Assembly: GCA_948891265.1 (NCBI GenBank)
Contig: CAQUBD010000008.1
Span: 315-64,314, forward strand
From: an uncultured Clostridia bacterium
GTDB taxonomy: Bacteria; Bacillota; Clostridia; TANB77; CAG-508
Reading direction: 5' to 3'
DNA length: 64,000 nt
The translations under genes and the position numbers were made by a program. The notes beneath the pieces were generated by a model that was given only the letters and a program-made list of their open reading frames with translations, had not been told where the DNA came from and searched no databases. Numbering within the stretch: the first letter of the stretch is position 1; each line of letters begins with the position of its first letter. This document shows positions 19,407-30,434 of the stretch, piece after piece.

Positions 19407-21650
19407 ATGAAAGGAAAGATGTTTATGAAAGATAAAGACCTTATAAATTTATTAAACCAAATGACATTAGATGAAAAAATAGGACAAATGGTACAAGTGG
19501 CAGGAGATATTTTTTTAGAAGATACCATTGATGTATCAACAGGACCATTAAAAAATTTAGGATTATCAAATGAAATGTTATATAATGTAGGTTCTATTTT
19601 AAATGTTATGGGAGCTGAAAGAGTAAAAAAAGTCCAAGATGAATATTTATCTAAAAGCAGATTAAAAATACCATTATTATTTATGGATGATGTAATAAAT
19701 GGTTATAAAATTGCATTTCCAATTCCAATTGCACAAGGATGCTCTTGGAATGTAGAAACCATAAAAGAAATGACAAAAATATCAGCAATGGAGTCAAATA
19801 TAGCAGGGGCTAATGTTAACTTTTCGCCAATGGTAGATTTATCAAGAGATGCAAGATGGGGAAGAGTAATGGAGTCAATAGAAGGAGAAGACCCATATCT
19901 TGGACAAGTATATGCTAAAGCAATGGTTGAAGCATATCAAGGAAAAGATTTATCTGAATTAGGAAATATAGCTTCATGTGTTAAACATATAGCTGCATAT
20001 GGGGCTGTAGAAGCAGGTAGAGATTATAATACTGTAGATATGTCTGAAAGAGAATTTAGACAATATTATTTACCATCTTATAAAGCTGCTATAGAATCAG
20101 GAGCAGAGATGATAATGACATCATTTAATATAGTAAATGGAATACCAGCTACAATAAATAAATGGCTAATACAAGATATAATAAGAAATGAGTTGAATTT
20201 TAAAGGTATTGTAATTTCAGATTATGGAGCAATAGAAGAAACTATTGCACATGGAGCTTCGAAAGATGAAAAACAGGCAGCTTTAAATGCTATAAATGCA
20301 GGTGTTGATATAGAAATGATGTCAAGCATGTATTCTAATAATTTAAAAGAACTATGCTTGGAAAATAAAGAAATTGAAGAAAAAGTAAATGAAAGTGTAC
20401 TTAGAATATTAAGATTGAAAAACAAACTTGGACTTTTTGAAAATCCATATGGAAATATAGATAAACAAAAAGAAGACATATATATAATGAATAAAGATAA
20501 CTTAGAAAGAGCAAAAAAATTAACACAAGAAACTTTTGTAATGTTGAAAAATGAAAATAATATTTTGCCATTAGATACAAATAAAAAAATTGCTTTAATA
20601 GGACCATATGCAGATAATAGCGCTATTACAGGTTCATGGTCTATGTTTTCAGATAGAACCAAAAATAAAACAATTTTAGATATGTTTAAAGAGAGAATGA
20701 CAAATGAAAAATTATTATATTCTAAGGGAACAGAAATTTTAAGAGAAGAAAAAATAAATGAAATACTAAGAGCTGATGGCTTACCTTTAATTCATGTAGA
20801 AAATGAAAAAGAAAAGGAAGAATTAAGTATAAAAGAGGCATTTGAAACTGCAAAAGAAGCGGAAATAATAATTTTATTATTAGGAGAACATTATAGGCAA
20901 AGTGGAGAAGCATGTTCGCGTTCTAATATTAGTTTACCAGAAAATCAAATAAAATTAATAAATGAATTGCATAGATTAAATAAACCAATGATTATGATAT
21001 TATTTAATGGAAGACCACTTCAATTAAATAATGTAGCAGATAAATTTGATGGAATACTAGAAGTATGGTTTCCAGGAACTACAGGAGCACGAGCTATAAC
21101 AGAAGTATTATTTGGAGATGTAAATCCTAGTGGAAAACTAACAATGAGTTTTCCACAAAATGCAGGACAATGCCCAATATATTATAATCATTATAATACA
21201 GGAAGACCACTCTTAAGAGATTTTAGATATATGTCTAGATATCAAGATATACCAACAGAGAGTTTTTATTCATTTGGTTATGGACTATCATATTGCAATT
21301 TTAAATATGAAAATTTAAAATTGGATAAAAATAAAATGACAGAAGAAGATATTATTACTGTAACAATAGATGTAGAAAATCAAAGTGCATATGAAGGCTA
21401 TGAAGTAATACAGCTATATATACAAGATTTGTTTGGAAGTGTTGTGAGACCTGTAAAAGAACTTAAAGGATTTAAAAAGGAATTTTTTAAACCATTTGAG
21501 AAAAGGCAGATAAAATTTGAAATTGATATTGAAATGCTAAAATTTTGGAATCAGGATTTGGAGTATATTGCTGAAGAAGGAGATTTTAAAGTTTATGTTG
21601 GTGGAAATTCAGTTAATGTGTTAGAAGAAACATTTAAACTTAACAGATAA
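19407..21650 (+). CDS. glycoside hydrolase family 3 beta-glucosidase
   Basis: LDEKIGQM, SPMVDLSRDARWGR, KHIAAYG and GIVISDYGA motifs plus a C-terminal FnIII-like domain. The start may instead be the ATG at 19425. Confidence 0.9.
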   Translation: MKGKMFMKDKDLINLLNQMTLDEKIGQMVQVAGDIFLEDTIDVSTGPLKNLGLSNEMLYNVGSILNVMGAERVKKVQDEYLSKSRLKIPLLFMDDVINGYKIAFPIPIAQGCSWNVETIKEMTKISAMESNIAGANVNFSPMVDLSRDARWGRVMESIEGEDPYLGQVYAKAMVEAYQGKDLSELGNIASCVKHIAAYGAVEAGRDYNTVDMSEREFRQYYLPSYKAAIESGAEMIMTSFNIVNGIPATINKWLIQDIIRNELNFKGIVISDYGAIEETIAHGASKDEKQAALNAINAGVDIEMMSSMYSNNLKELCLENKEIEEKVNESVLRILRLKNKLGLFENPYGNIDKQKEDIYIMNKDNLERAKKLTQETFVMLKNENNILPLDTNKKIALIGPYADNSAITGSWSMFSDRTKNKTILDMFKERMTNEKLLYSKGTEILREEKINEILRADGLPLIHVENEKEKEELSIKEAFETAKEAEIIILLLGEHYRQSGEACSRSNISLPENQIKLINELHRLNKPMIMILFNGRPLQLNNVADKFDGILEVWFPGTTGARAITEVLFGDVNPSGKLTMSFPQNAGQCPIYYNHYNTGRPLLRDFRYMSRYQDIPTESFYSFGYGLSYCNFKYENLKLDKNKMTEEDIITVTIDVENQSAYEGYEVIQLYIQDLFGSVVRPVKELKGFKKEFFKPFEKRQIKFEIDIEMLKFWNQDLEYIAEEGDFKVYVGGNSVNVLEETFKLNR

Positions 21651-21878
21651 AGCTTTTCTAATGATTATGTAGAAATGTATTAATATTGTATAAGAGAAGA
21701 AGTTTTATATGATAATAAAGTAAAGGAAGTTGTTAATAGCAACTTCTTTTACAATTATATTACATTCGACAAAATTTATTGACTAAAAAAGTTGGCAATG
21801 ATATAATTAAATCGAAAAAATGGGATATTATAACAAAAAAGAAAGATAGAAAAACTAAGAATTTGGAGGAATAAAAAT

Positions 21879-23354
21879 ATGAAAAAAATAACAGCATTAA
21901 CTTTAATTCTAACAGTATTAGTAACTTTTTTAATAGCAGTAATTTTTCAAAATAAATCATATGCAGTTACACAAAGTTTTAGTACAAATATAGATTCAAT
22001 AGATAATTCAAAATATTCAGGAATAAAAGATAAAATAAAGTCATTACAAAACAAATATCCAAATTGGAAATTTAAAATATTATATACTGGATTAGACTGG
22101 AATGAAGTTATATCTAAGGAATTTACGGGGCATGGAAGTTCACCTAAAAATCTAGTATATAAAACATCAAACTATCAAGGAGAATGGATCTGTCCAATTT
22201 GTAAAGATGCAGGATATGATAATGGTAGTTGGAGATGTGCATCAGAACAAGCTATAAAATATATGATGGATCCAAGATGTTCCTTAAATGAATCAGACAT
22301 ATTTCAATTTGAAGAATTAACAAATGCAGGATGTGATATAAATATATTAAAAACAATGACAAAAGGAACATATCTTTCAGGGCATGAACAAGGTATAATA
22401 AATGCATCAAATAATAATAATGTAAATGCTTATTATATAGTAGCAAGATTAATACAAGAACAAGGAAATGATGGAACAGTTTTAACATCTGGAAAAGGAT
22501 ATAATGGACAAGGAATAGGATATTATAACGCATTTAACATTGCAGCATCTGGAAATTCAACGCCAGAAATATTAGCAAATGCTCTTGCATATGCTCAGAA
22601 AAAAGGATGGACAAGTTTAGAAGCATCTATTGATGGTGGAATTAGTTTTTTAGCTAAGCAATATATCCAAAAAGGGCAAAATACACTATATTTACAAAAA
22701 TTCGATGTTGAAGCAACAAATGGTTTATATTCAAATCAATATATGCAAAATATACTAGCTGCTCAAAGTGAAGGCGCAACTTTAAGAAATACATATATAA
22801 ATATGAATTCAATGTCATCTTCACATACTTTTATAATACCAGTTTATGAAAATATGCCAAAGGAATGTACTAGAAGACCAGACTCAAATGGTACAAGTAG
22901 TACAGAAATAGATATTGTAAAAATTAATGTAGATGAATCATTAAGAATAAGAAATACACCAAATGGAAACACAACTGTTGGATGGTTATATAAAAATGAA
23001 ATTGTAACAAGAATAGAAAAAGCTACTACAAAAGTTGCTGGAACATATTGGGACAAAGTTCAAAAAGCCGATGGTACAATAGGATATACAGCAAGAGAAA
23101 CATATGAAAATGAAGGAAGATATAAGTTGTATTTGATACCTATAACTAACATTGCTCCTACAATTAAAGGAGATGTAAATGGAGATGGACAAATATCACC
23201 AGGAGATTATGTGTTGATTAAAAATTATATTTTAGGAAGTATTAAACTAAATGAAGCACAGAAGAGAGTAGCAGATGTAAATGGAGATGGACAAATATCG
23301 CCAGGAGATTATGTATTAGTAAAAAATAATATTTTATATGGAACAAAATTATAA
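21879..23354 (+). CDS. secreted peptidoglycan hydrolase (glucosaminidase/GH73-like) with SH3b and two dockerin-type repeats
   Basis: Signal peptide. RLIQEQG...YYNAFNI...GQNTLYLQKF resembles glucosaminidase. The segment GDVNGDGQISPGDYVL occurs twice at the C-terminus. Confidence 0.6.
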   Translation: MKKITALTLILTVLVTFLIAVIFQNKSYAVTQSFSTNIDSIDNSKYSGIKDKIKSLQNKYPNWKFKILYTGLDWNEVISKEFTGHGSSPKNLVYKTSNYQGEWICPICKDAGYDNGSWRCASEQAIKYMMDPRCSLNESDIFQFEELTNAGCDINILKTMTKGTYLSGHEQGIINASNNNNVNAYYIVARLIQEQGNDGTVLTSGKGYNGQGIGYYNAFNIAASGNSTPEILANALAYAQKKGWTSLEASIDGGISFLAKQYIQKGQNTLYLQKFDVEATNGLYSNQYMQNILAAQSEGATLRNTYINMNSMSSSHTFIIPVYENMPKECTRRPDSNGTSSTEIDIVKINVDESLRIRNTPNGNTTVGWLYKNEIVTRIEKATTKVAGTYWDKVQKADGTIGYTARETYENEGRYKLYLIPITNIAPTIKGDVNGDGQISPGDYVLIKNYILGSIKLNEAQKRVADVNGDGQISPGDYVLVKNNILYGTKL

Positions 23355-23369
23355 AAATTGGAGGTAACA

Positions 23370-24689
23370 ATGAAAAAAAGTTTTAAATTAATTTTGGTAG
23401 TGTTAATATTTGTTATTGGACTAAGCACAATATCTTATGCAGATGTGTCAGTATCTACAGCATCAATAAGTATGAAAACAAATGAAAGTAAAAGTGTAAC
23501 TGTAACTGGTAATGGAGTAACAGGAACGCTTTCGGTAAAATCGTCTAATCCTAATATTGCAATTGCTAGTGCTTCAACAAATTGGATTGAAAATAGTTCT
23601 GCAACTATAAATATTACTGGGAAATCAGCTGGAAATGCTACGATAACAATATCTGGAACAGTTGCAGATAGTACAGGAATAGATAGTAATTACCAAAAAA
23701 CGATTTCTGTAACCGTTGCAAATAATCAAACATCATCAGGAAGTGGAAATTCATCATCTGGAAACTCAAATTCAGGAAATACTAATCAAAAACCACCACA
23801 ACAAACACCTACAAAATCAAATGTAGCAACACTTTCAAATTTAGGAATAAGACCAAATGATTTTTCTGGATTTAAAGCAAATACATTAACATATAGTACA
23901 GAGGTACCATATGAAACAGAAAAAATAGAAATATATGCAAGTAAAGGGCAAGAAGGACAAAAAATAACAGGAGCAGGAGCAAAAACATTAAAAGAAGGAC
24001 AAAATACATTTAATATAACAGTAACAGCAGAAGATGGAAAAACAACAAAAACATATACAATAAATATAACAAGAAAACAACAGAATGAAGTAGAAAAACC
24101 TGAAGCTCCAGTTGAAGAGAATCCAGAAGAGCCAGTAGAAGCATTTGGATTAACAGACTTAAAAATAGAAGGATTACAACTTAGTCCAGAATTTCAAACT
24201 GATATATATGAATATAAAGTAGATTTAAAAGAAGATATAGAGAAATTAAATATAGAAACTATATTGACAGAAGTAAGTTCAAAGGTTGAAATAATAGGCA
24301 ATGAAAATTTAAAAAGTGGCGAAAATATTGTTACTATTATAGTAAAAAGTCAGAATGAAGAAAAATCTGCAACATATCAGATTGTAGTAAATAAAACTTT
24401 GCAAAAGGAAGAAAATGTCAACTCTAATAATATAAAAATAGATAAAAAGATTATACTAATATCTTCTGGTGCAATTATTATTTTAATTATTATAATAGCA
24501 GTAATTATAAAATTAAACAAAAATAAAAACAATGGCGAATATGTAACGTATACAGATTTTTATTCAAAAGATTTGGAAGATGATAATGAAGAAACACAGA
24601 GAACAGAAGAAATTGACAATGGTGAGGAAATAGAAGAACAAGAAGAAGTAAAGAGGAAAAAACATCCAAAAGGAAAAAGGTTTAAATAA
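23370..24689 (+). CDS. cell-surface protein with a Big_2-like domain, two cadherin-like beta-sandwich domains and a C-terminal TM anchor
   Basis: Signal peptide. LSNLGIRPN...TYTINITR and LTDLKIEGLQLSPEF...ATYQIVVNK repeats. TM segment near the end. ATG at 23370 follows a GGAGG RBS. Confidence 0.6.
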   Translation: MKKSFKLILVVLIFVIGLSTISYADVSVSTASISMKTNESKSVTVTGNGVTGTLSVKSSNPNIAIASASTNWIENSSATINITGKSAGNATITISGTVADSTGIDSNYQKTISVTVANNQTSSGSGNSSSGNSNSGNTNQKPPQQTPTKSNVATLSNLGIRPNDFSGFKANTLTYSTEVPYETEKIEIYASKGQEGQKITGAGAKTLKEGQNTFNITVTAEDGKTTKTYTINITRKQQNEVEKPEAPVEENPEEPVEAFGLTDLKIEGLQLSPEFQTDIYEYKVDLKEDIEKLNIETILTEVSSKVEIIGNENLKSGENIVTIIVKSQNEEKSATYQIVVNKTLQKEENVNSNNIKIDKKIILISSGAIIILIIIIAVIIKLNKNKNNGEYVTYTDFYSKDLEDDNEETQRTEEIDNGEEIEEQEEVKRKKHPKGKRFK

Positions 24690-24754
24690 TTCTTGCAATA
24701 TTATGTAAAATATGATAAACTATATACATATTTTATAGAAAAGGAGAGTTTGAT

Positions 24755-25099
24755 ATGGCTAAAGTACAATTTAGTTACTGTCGGTTGGAACGAATTGAAT
24801 ATCATTATTTGAATGATGTTAAGTATTACAATTATTATGAAGATGAAGAGTGGGAACAGATTAAAGCTATATTAAATGAATTTGGTATAAAATTTCCTTC
24901 AAAATATGAAGTGGAGTTTGATGAAAATTCTGGATACCAAATTGAAACAGTTCCAGAACCTTTTGGAGCTACTGAAGCAAAAATTATCTGCAAAGGTGTA
25001 GTTGTGGCAATAACTTCTGCTGATGGCAGTAATTTTTGTGATAGAGAAGGAAAAATGGTTGTGTATATGGACAGATTAAAGGCTGTGTACGCGGAGTAA
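24755..25099 (+). CDS. hypothetical protein (single-gene higher-GC cassette)
   Basis: 114-aa ORF with an AAGGAGAG RBS, its own extended -10 promoter (TTGCAA-17-TGATAAACT) and its own terminator. Uses an in-frame CGG. Confidence 0.55.
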   Translation: MAKVQFSYCRLERIEYHYLNDVKYYNYYEDEEWEQIKAILNEFGIKFPSKYEVEFDENSGYQIETVPEPFGATEAKIICKGVVVAITSADGSNFCDREGKMVVYMDRLKAVYAE

Positions 25100-25108
25100 A
25101 ATTCCAAT

Positions 25109-25145
25109 AAGAGCATTTTAGAATTAAATTCTAGGATGCTCTTTT
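25109..25145 (+). terminator. intrinsic terminator
   Basis: aagagcat...atgctctt stem followed by TT. Confidence 0.65.
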
Positions 25146-25195
25146 GGATATTGTAACGCATTGTATTATAAATTTAAAAAATATCAAAAATGTGT

Positions 25196-25224
25196 TTGAC
25201 ATTTTTTTGTTTGTATGATATTAT
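25196..25224 (+). promoter_or_regulatory. sigma-A type promoter of lexA
   Basis: TTGACA, 17-nt spacer, TATTAT, with a TG extended -10. Confidence 0.6.
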
Positions 25225-25254
25225 TTAGAAAATATGAGAAATGGAGTGATAAAT

Positions 25255-25905
25255 ATGCCAAGAAAAAGACCAGAACTAAATGGAAGAGAAAAATCAATAC
25301 TAAGATATATTGAAAAACAAATAATGACAGCAGGATACCCGCCATCAGTAAGAGAAATAGGAAAAGCAGTAGGATTAAGCTCAACAGCAACAGTACATGG
25401 TTATTTAGCAAGATTAGAAGACAAAGGATATATCAAAAAACAAGACAAAAAAGGAAGAACATTAAGATTATTAAAAGGAACAGATGGAGAAACAAAGAAA
25501 ACATCAACAAAAGACTTCTATACACAAAAAGAACTAGTAGAAGTACCAGTAGTAGGAAAAATTACAGCAGGAGCGCCAATACTAGCAGTAGAAAACATAA
25601 CAGACACATTCCCAATTCCAATAGACTTTGTTGGAAACTCAGACTGTTTCATGCTTACAGTTAGAGGTGAAAGCATGATAGAAGCCGGAATATTAGATGG
25701 AGACTATATATTAGTAAGAAAACAAAAAGATGCAAGCAATGGAGAAATAGTTGTAGCATTAATAGAAGATGAAGCAACAGTGAAAACATTCTACAAAGAA
25801 AAAGACCATATAAGATTACAACCAGAAAATAGTACAATGGATCCAATAATAGTTCCAAATTGCGAAATTCTAGGAAAAGTATGTGGAGTTTTCAGAAAAA
25901 TGTAA
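25255..25905 (+). CDS. lexA: LexA repressor
   Basis: N-terminal winged HTH ([33 protein letters not shown]). S24 peptidase motifs ([24 protein letters not shown]). Confidence 0.92.
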   Translation: MPRKRPELNGREKSILRYIEKQIMTAGYPPSVREIGKAVGLSSTATVHGYLARLEDKGYIKKQDKKGRTLRLLKGTDGETKKTSTKDFYTQKELVEVPVVGKITAGAPILAVENITDTFPIPIDFVGNSDCFMLTVRGESMIEAGILDGDYILVRKQKDASNGEIVVALIEDEATVKTFYKEKDHIRLQPENSTMDPIIVPNCEILGKVCGVFRKM

Positions 25906-26030
25906 TATCATATATTAAATTCACAGAAAATTCACACTAAAGGTATTGATAAGTAACACTTTGTCAAATATAATATAAGGCAAAGTGTTATTTTTGTCTG
26001 TCGATTTGGGGATAATTCTTAAAAAATGAA

Positions 26031-26125
26031 GATGTGTCCCCAAAAGGATAAAAATTAAGATAGCTGTTTGAGCAAAGCGAATTACAGATATCTTATGCAA
26101 AAGGAAACGTCCCCAATGGGACAAA
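26031..26125 (+). repeat. composite structured repeat (medium form)
   Basis: gatgtgtcccc...attaagatagctgtttgagcaaagcgaattacagatatcttatgcaaaaggaaacgtccccaatgggacaaaa. Ends 13 nt before the ABC exporter start. Confidence 0.8.
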
Positions 26126-26138
26126 ATGGAGGAAAGAT

Positions 26139-28496
26139 ATGTTAAAAGTACTTAAAAATTTAAAACAATCATGGATATCAATAATAATGATAATAATATT
26201 CTTAATAATTCAAGCAGCATGTGACCTAACATTACCAGACTATACATCAAAAATAGTAAATGTAGGAATTCAAAATGGTGGGATAGAAGAAGTGTCGCCA
26301 GAAGTATTAAGAAAAAGTACAATGGACAATTTATTATTATTTACTGACAATGATGACACAATATTAAATTCATATGAAGAAATTTCTAAATGGAATTTAG
26401 ACCAAAAGGAATATGAAAAACTAGTAAAAAAATATCCAGTATTGGAAAATGAAATATTGTACAAAATCAAAAAAATATCAAATGAAGAAAAAGATGATTT
26501 AAATAACATTATGGCAAAACCTTTAATGATATTAAGCTATTTAGAAAATGAAGAAATGGCAACACAAATAAAATCACAAATTTTATCACAATTGCCAGCA
26601 AATATACCAGAAATGCAAAAACAATCAATGGCAAATATGAAATTGATAGATATTATTAAGCAAATGCCAGAAGAGCAAGTAAATACAATGCTTTCGGAAA
26701 TTAATAAACAATTGGATAATATGCAAGATAGCATATTAGAGCAAGCTGCAATTCAAGAAGTAAAAAATGAATACAAAGCTATGGGAGTTAATACAGATAG
26801 TTTGCAAAATAGATACATAATAATATCTGGATTAAAAATGCTTGGAATATCATTAATTATTATGATGTCAGCTATTTCAATTATGTTATTGGCTGCTAAA
26901 GTTGGTGCTAGACTTGCAAGGACGTTAAGAGAAAAAGTATTTAAAAAAGTTTTAAGTTTTTCAAACAAAGAATTTTCAGAATTTAGTACAGCGTCATTAA
27001 TAACTCGTTCAACAAATGATATTCAACAAATACAAGGTTTAATAGGAATGTTATTTAGAGTTATAGTTTATGCCCCAATAATAGGAATAGGTGGTTTCTT
27101 AAGGGTATTAAGACAAAGTGATAATTCAATGGCTTGGATTATTGGCGTTGCTATATTAGCTATATTATTTATAATAGGAACATTATTTATAATTGCTATG
27201 CCAAGATTTAAAAAGCTACAAAAATTAGTTGATAAAGTAAATTTAGTTGCAAGGGAAATATTAACAGGTTTGCCTGTAATTAGAGCATTTAATACAGAAA
27301 AAAGAGAAGAAAAAAGATTTGACATGCAAAATATAGATCTAACCAAAACAGATTTATTTGTTAGTAGAGCTATGAGTTTTATGATGCCATTATTAATGTT
27401 AATTATGAACTGCATTTCTCTATTAATAGTATGGGTTGGAGCACATGGAGTAGATAGTGGAACAATGCAGGTTGGTAATATGATGGCATTTATCCAATAT
27501 ACTATGCAAATTGTAATGAGTTTCTTAATGATATCAATGATGTCAATAATACTTCCAAGAGCATCAGTATCAGCAAACCGTATTAATGAAGTGATTGATA
27601 CAGAAGAATTTATTAAACAAAGCAAAAATCCAAAAGAATTAAATTTAGATAAAAAAGGACTAGTGGAATTTAAAAATGTATGTTTCAAATATCCAGATAG
27701 TGATGAAGAAGTTTTAAGTGATATAACATTTACTGCAAGGCCTGGAGAGACAACAGCTATAATAGGAAGCACAGGAAGTGGAAAATCAACAATAGTTAAT
27801 TTAATACCAAGATTTTATGATATAACATCAGGAAATTTGATTATTGATGGTATTGATATAAAAGATATATCAAATAAAGATTTAAGAAAAATTATAGGAT
27901 TTGTTCCACAAAAAGGAATATTATTTTCAGGAACAATAGAATCAAATATAAAATATGGAAATTTAAGTATGCCAGATGAACAAATGATTAAAGCAGCGAA
28001 AATAGCACAAGCAGAAGAATTTATAGAAGCAAAACCACTAAAATATCAAGAACCAATAGCACAAGGTGGAAGTAATGTTTCTGGTGGGCAAAAACAAAGA
28101 TTATCAATAGCAAGAGCCATTGCAATTGACCCCGAAATACTTGTATTTGATGATAGTTTTTCAGCTTTAGACTTTAAAACTGATAGTGTATTAAGAGCAG
28201 AACTTAGCAAAAAGACAAAGGATAAGACAGTTATTATAGTTGCTCAAAGAATTAATACTATATTAAATGCAGATCAGATTATTGTATTAGAAGATGGAAA
28301 AATTGTAGGAAAAGGAACACATGAAGAATTAATAAAAAACAACGAAACATATAGACAAATTGCATTGTCACAATTATCTGAAGAAGAATTATCATTACAA
28401 AAAATAGAAGGAGAAAAACAACTAAAAGATAAACATGCGAAACAAAAAGAAATAGATACTAAAAATAAAAAAGAAACAGAAAAGGAGGAAAAGTAA
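26139..28496 (+). CDS. ABC multidrug-type exporter subunit (permease/ATPase) with a long extracytoplasmic insert
   Basis: Walker A GSTGSGKST, signature VSGGQKQR, Walker B ILVFDDS. Confidence 0.9.
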   Translation: MLKVLKNLKQSWISIIMIIIFLIIQAACDLTLPDYTSKIVNVGIQNGGIEEVSPEVLRKSTMDNLLLFTDNDDTILNSYEEISKWNLDQKEYEKLVKKYPVLENEILYKIKKISNEEKDDLNNIMAKPLMILSYLENEEMATQIKSQILSQLPANIPEMQKQSMANMKLIDIIKQMPEEQVNTMLSEINKQLDNMQDSILEQAAIQEVKNEYKAMGVNTDSLQNRYIIISGLKMLGISLIIMMSAISIMLLAAKVGARLARTLREKVFKKVLSFSNKEFSEFSTASLITRSTNDIQQIQGLIGMLFRVIVYAPIIGIGGFLRVLRQSDNSMAWIIGVAILAILFIIGTLFIIAMPRFKKLQKLVDKVNLVAREILTGLPVIRAFNTEKREEKRFDMQNIDLTKTDLFVSRAMSFMMPLLMLIMNCISLLIVWVGAHGVDSGTMQVGNMMAFIQYTMQIVMSFLMISMMSIILPRASVSANRINEVIDTEEFIKQSKNPKELNLDKKGLVEFKNVCFKYPDSDEEVLSDITFTARPGETTAIIGSTGSGKSTIVNLIPRFYDITSGNLIIDGIDIKDISNKDLRKIIGFVPQKGILFSGTIESNIKYGNLSMPDEQMIKAAKIAQAEEFIEAKPLKYQEPIAQGGSNVSGGQKQRLSIARAIAIDPEILVFDDSFSALDFKTDSVLRAELSKKTKDKTVIIVAQRINTILNADQIIVLEDGKIVGKGTHEELIKNNETYRQIALSQLSEEELSLQKIEGEKQLKDKHAKQKEIDTKNKKETEKEEK

Positions 28497-28497
28497 C

Positions 28498-30372
28498 ATG
28501 AGTAATAATGAAACAACTAAAAAGCCTCCTGTAATGAAAGGTAAAGGACCAATGGGTGGAGGACCAAAAGGTCATGCTCCAGCTGAAAAAGCAAAAGATA
28601 TAAAAGGAACAGCAAAAAAATTAGCTGAAATTCTTTCAAAATATAAAATAGCAGTAATTATAGTAATTATATTTGCAATAGGAAGCACTATATTTAGTAT
28701 AGTAGGACCAAAAATATTAGGAAATGCTACAACAGAAATCTACACAGGTTTAATGAATAAAATAAATGGAACAGGTGGAATGGACTTTACAAAAATTGGG
28801 CAGATAATTTTATGGGTTATAGGGTTATATGTAACAAGTGCGTTATTTAACTTGATTCAAAGCTATATAATGGCAGGAGTTTCTTTAAAAATAACTTATA
28901 AAATAAGGAATGACTTAATTCACAAAATAAATAAATTACCAATGAAATATTTCGATAAAAAAACACATGGTGAAGTTTTATCAATAATAACAAATGATGT
29001 TGATACATTAAGTATGGGATTAAGCCAAAGTATTACACAAATAATAACATCAATATGTACAATAATAGGAATACTTGTAATGATGTTTTCAATTAGCTGG
29101 GAAATGACTATTGTTAGCTTATTGATATTACCAGTATCGGCTGGAATATTAAAAAAAGTTATAGGAAGGTCTCAAAAGTACTTTGTTAGACAACAAGAAT
29201 ATTTAGGACATGTAAATGGTCAAGTTGAAGAAGTTTATAGTGGACACAATATAGTGAAAGTATTTGGAAGAGAAAAAGAAGCTATAAAAGAATTCAAAAA
29301 AGAAAATGATGAATTATATAAATCTGGATGGCGTTCTCAATTTTTATCAGGATTAATGCATCCATTAATGAATTTTGTTGGTAATGTAGGATATGTTGCA
29401 GTAGCTATACTTGGTGGATATTTTGCAGTAAAAGGTAGAATTACAGTTGGTAACATACAAAGTTTTATACAATATAACAAACAATTTACACAGCCAATAG
29501 GGCAAGTAGCACAAATATCAAGTACAATACAATCGATGATAGCAGCAGCAGAAAGAATATTTGAATTTTTAGAAGAAAAAGAAGAAGTAGAAGATATAGA
29601 AAATCCTGTGTCAACAGAAGGATTAAAAGGAAATATCAAATTTGACCATGTTAATTTTGGATATGATCCAGAGAAAACAATAATAAATGACTTTAATTGT
29701 GATGTGAAAGATGGACAAAAAATAGCAATTGTTGGGCCAACAGGAGCAGGAAAAACAACAATGGTTAAATTACTAATGAGATTTTATGATGTAAATAGTG
29801 GAGCAATTTTAATAGATGGTCACAATATAAAAGATTTTAAACGTGGAGAACTTAGAAAATTATTTGGAATGGTTTTGCAAGATACTTGGTTATATGGTGG
29901 AACAATAAAAGATAATATTAGATATAGTAGACCAGAGGCAACAGACTCAGAAGTAATAGAAGCTGCAAAAGCGGCACATGTTCATCATTATATAAAAACA
30001 TTGTCAAAAGGGTATGAAGCTGTAATAAATGAAGAATCAAGTAATATATCAGCAGGACAAAAACAATTACTTACAATTGCAAGAGTTATTTTAGCAGATC
30101 CTAAAATATTGATTTTAGATGAAGCTACAAGTTCAATTGATACTAGAACAGAACAACAAATTCAGGCTGCCATGGATAATTTAATGAAGGGTAGAACAAG
30201 TTTTATTATTGCACATAGATTGTCTACTATCAAAAATGCAGATTTGATTTTGGTTATGGATCATGGTGATATTGTTGAACAAGGTAGTCATGAAGAATTA
30301 CTTGCAAAAGATGGTTTTTATGCTAAGTTGTATAATTCTCAGTTTGAAGATTGTAATGATGATATTGAATAA
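28498..30372 (+). CDS. ABC multidrug-type exporter subunit (permease/ATPase), heterodimer partner
   Basis: Walker A GPTGAGKTT, signature ISAGQKQL, Walker B ILILDEAT. Start is 1 nt after the stop of the previous gene. Confidence 0.9.
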   Translation: MSNNETTKKPPVMKGKGPMGGGPKGHAPAEKAKDIKGTAKKLAEILSKYKIAVIIVIIFAIGSTIFSIVGPKILGNATTEIYTGLMNKINGTGGMDFTKIGQIILWVIGLYVTSALFNLIQSYIMAGVSLKITYKIRNDLIHKINKLPMKYFDKKTHGEVLSIITNDVDTLSMGLSQSITQIITSICTIIGILVMMFSISWEMTIVSLLILPVSAGILKKVIGRSQKYFVRQQEYLGHVNGQVEEVYSGHNIVKVFGREKEAIKEFKKENDELYKSGWRSQFLSGLMHPLMNFVGNVGYVAVAILGGYFAVKGRITVGNIQSFIQYNKQFTQPIGQVAQISSTIQSMIAAAERIFEFLEEKEEVEDIENPVSTEGLKGNIKFDHVNFGYDPEKTIINDFNCDVKDGQKIAIVGPTGAGKTTMVKLLMRFYDVNSGAILIDGHNIKDFKRGELRKLFGMVLQDTWLYGGTIKDNIRYSRPEATDSEVIEAAKAAHVHHYIKTLSKGYEAVINEESSNISAGQKQLLTIARVILADPKILILDEATSSIDTRTEQQIQAAMDNLMKGRTSFIIAHRLSTIKNADLILVMDHGDIVEQGSHEELLAKDGFYAKLYNSQFEDCNDDIE

Positions 30373-30384
30373 AAAATTTAAAAA

Positions 30385-30422
30385 CAAAAATTCCAGAGAT
30401 TTCTCACTGGAATTTTTGTTTT
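30385..30422. terminator. bidirectional terminator
   Basis: aaaaattccag...ctggaattttt stem with A- and T-runs on both sides. Confidence 0.75.
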
Positions 30423-30434
30423 AGTATTCTTATT

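Noticed and set aside
25150-25254. Searched for a LexA (Cheo/SOS) box in the lexA promoter region.
   Set aside because: No convincing GAAC-N4-GTTC-type palindrome was found by eye, so only the promoter is annotated.
25921-26124. 67-aa minus-strand ORF (MSHWGRFLL...) and the similar peptide at the birA 3' end.
   Set aside because: The shared peptide is simply the translated REP composite element. The similarity is DNA-repeat derived, not a protein family.
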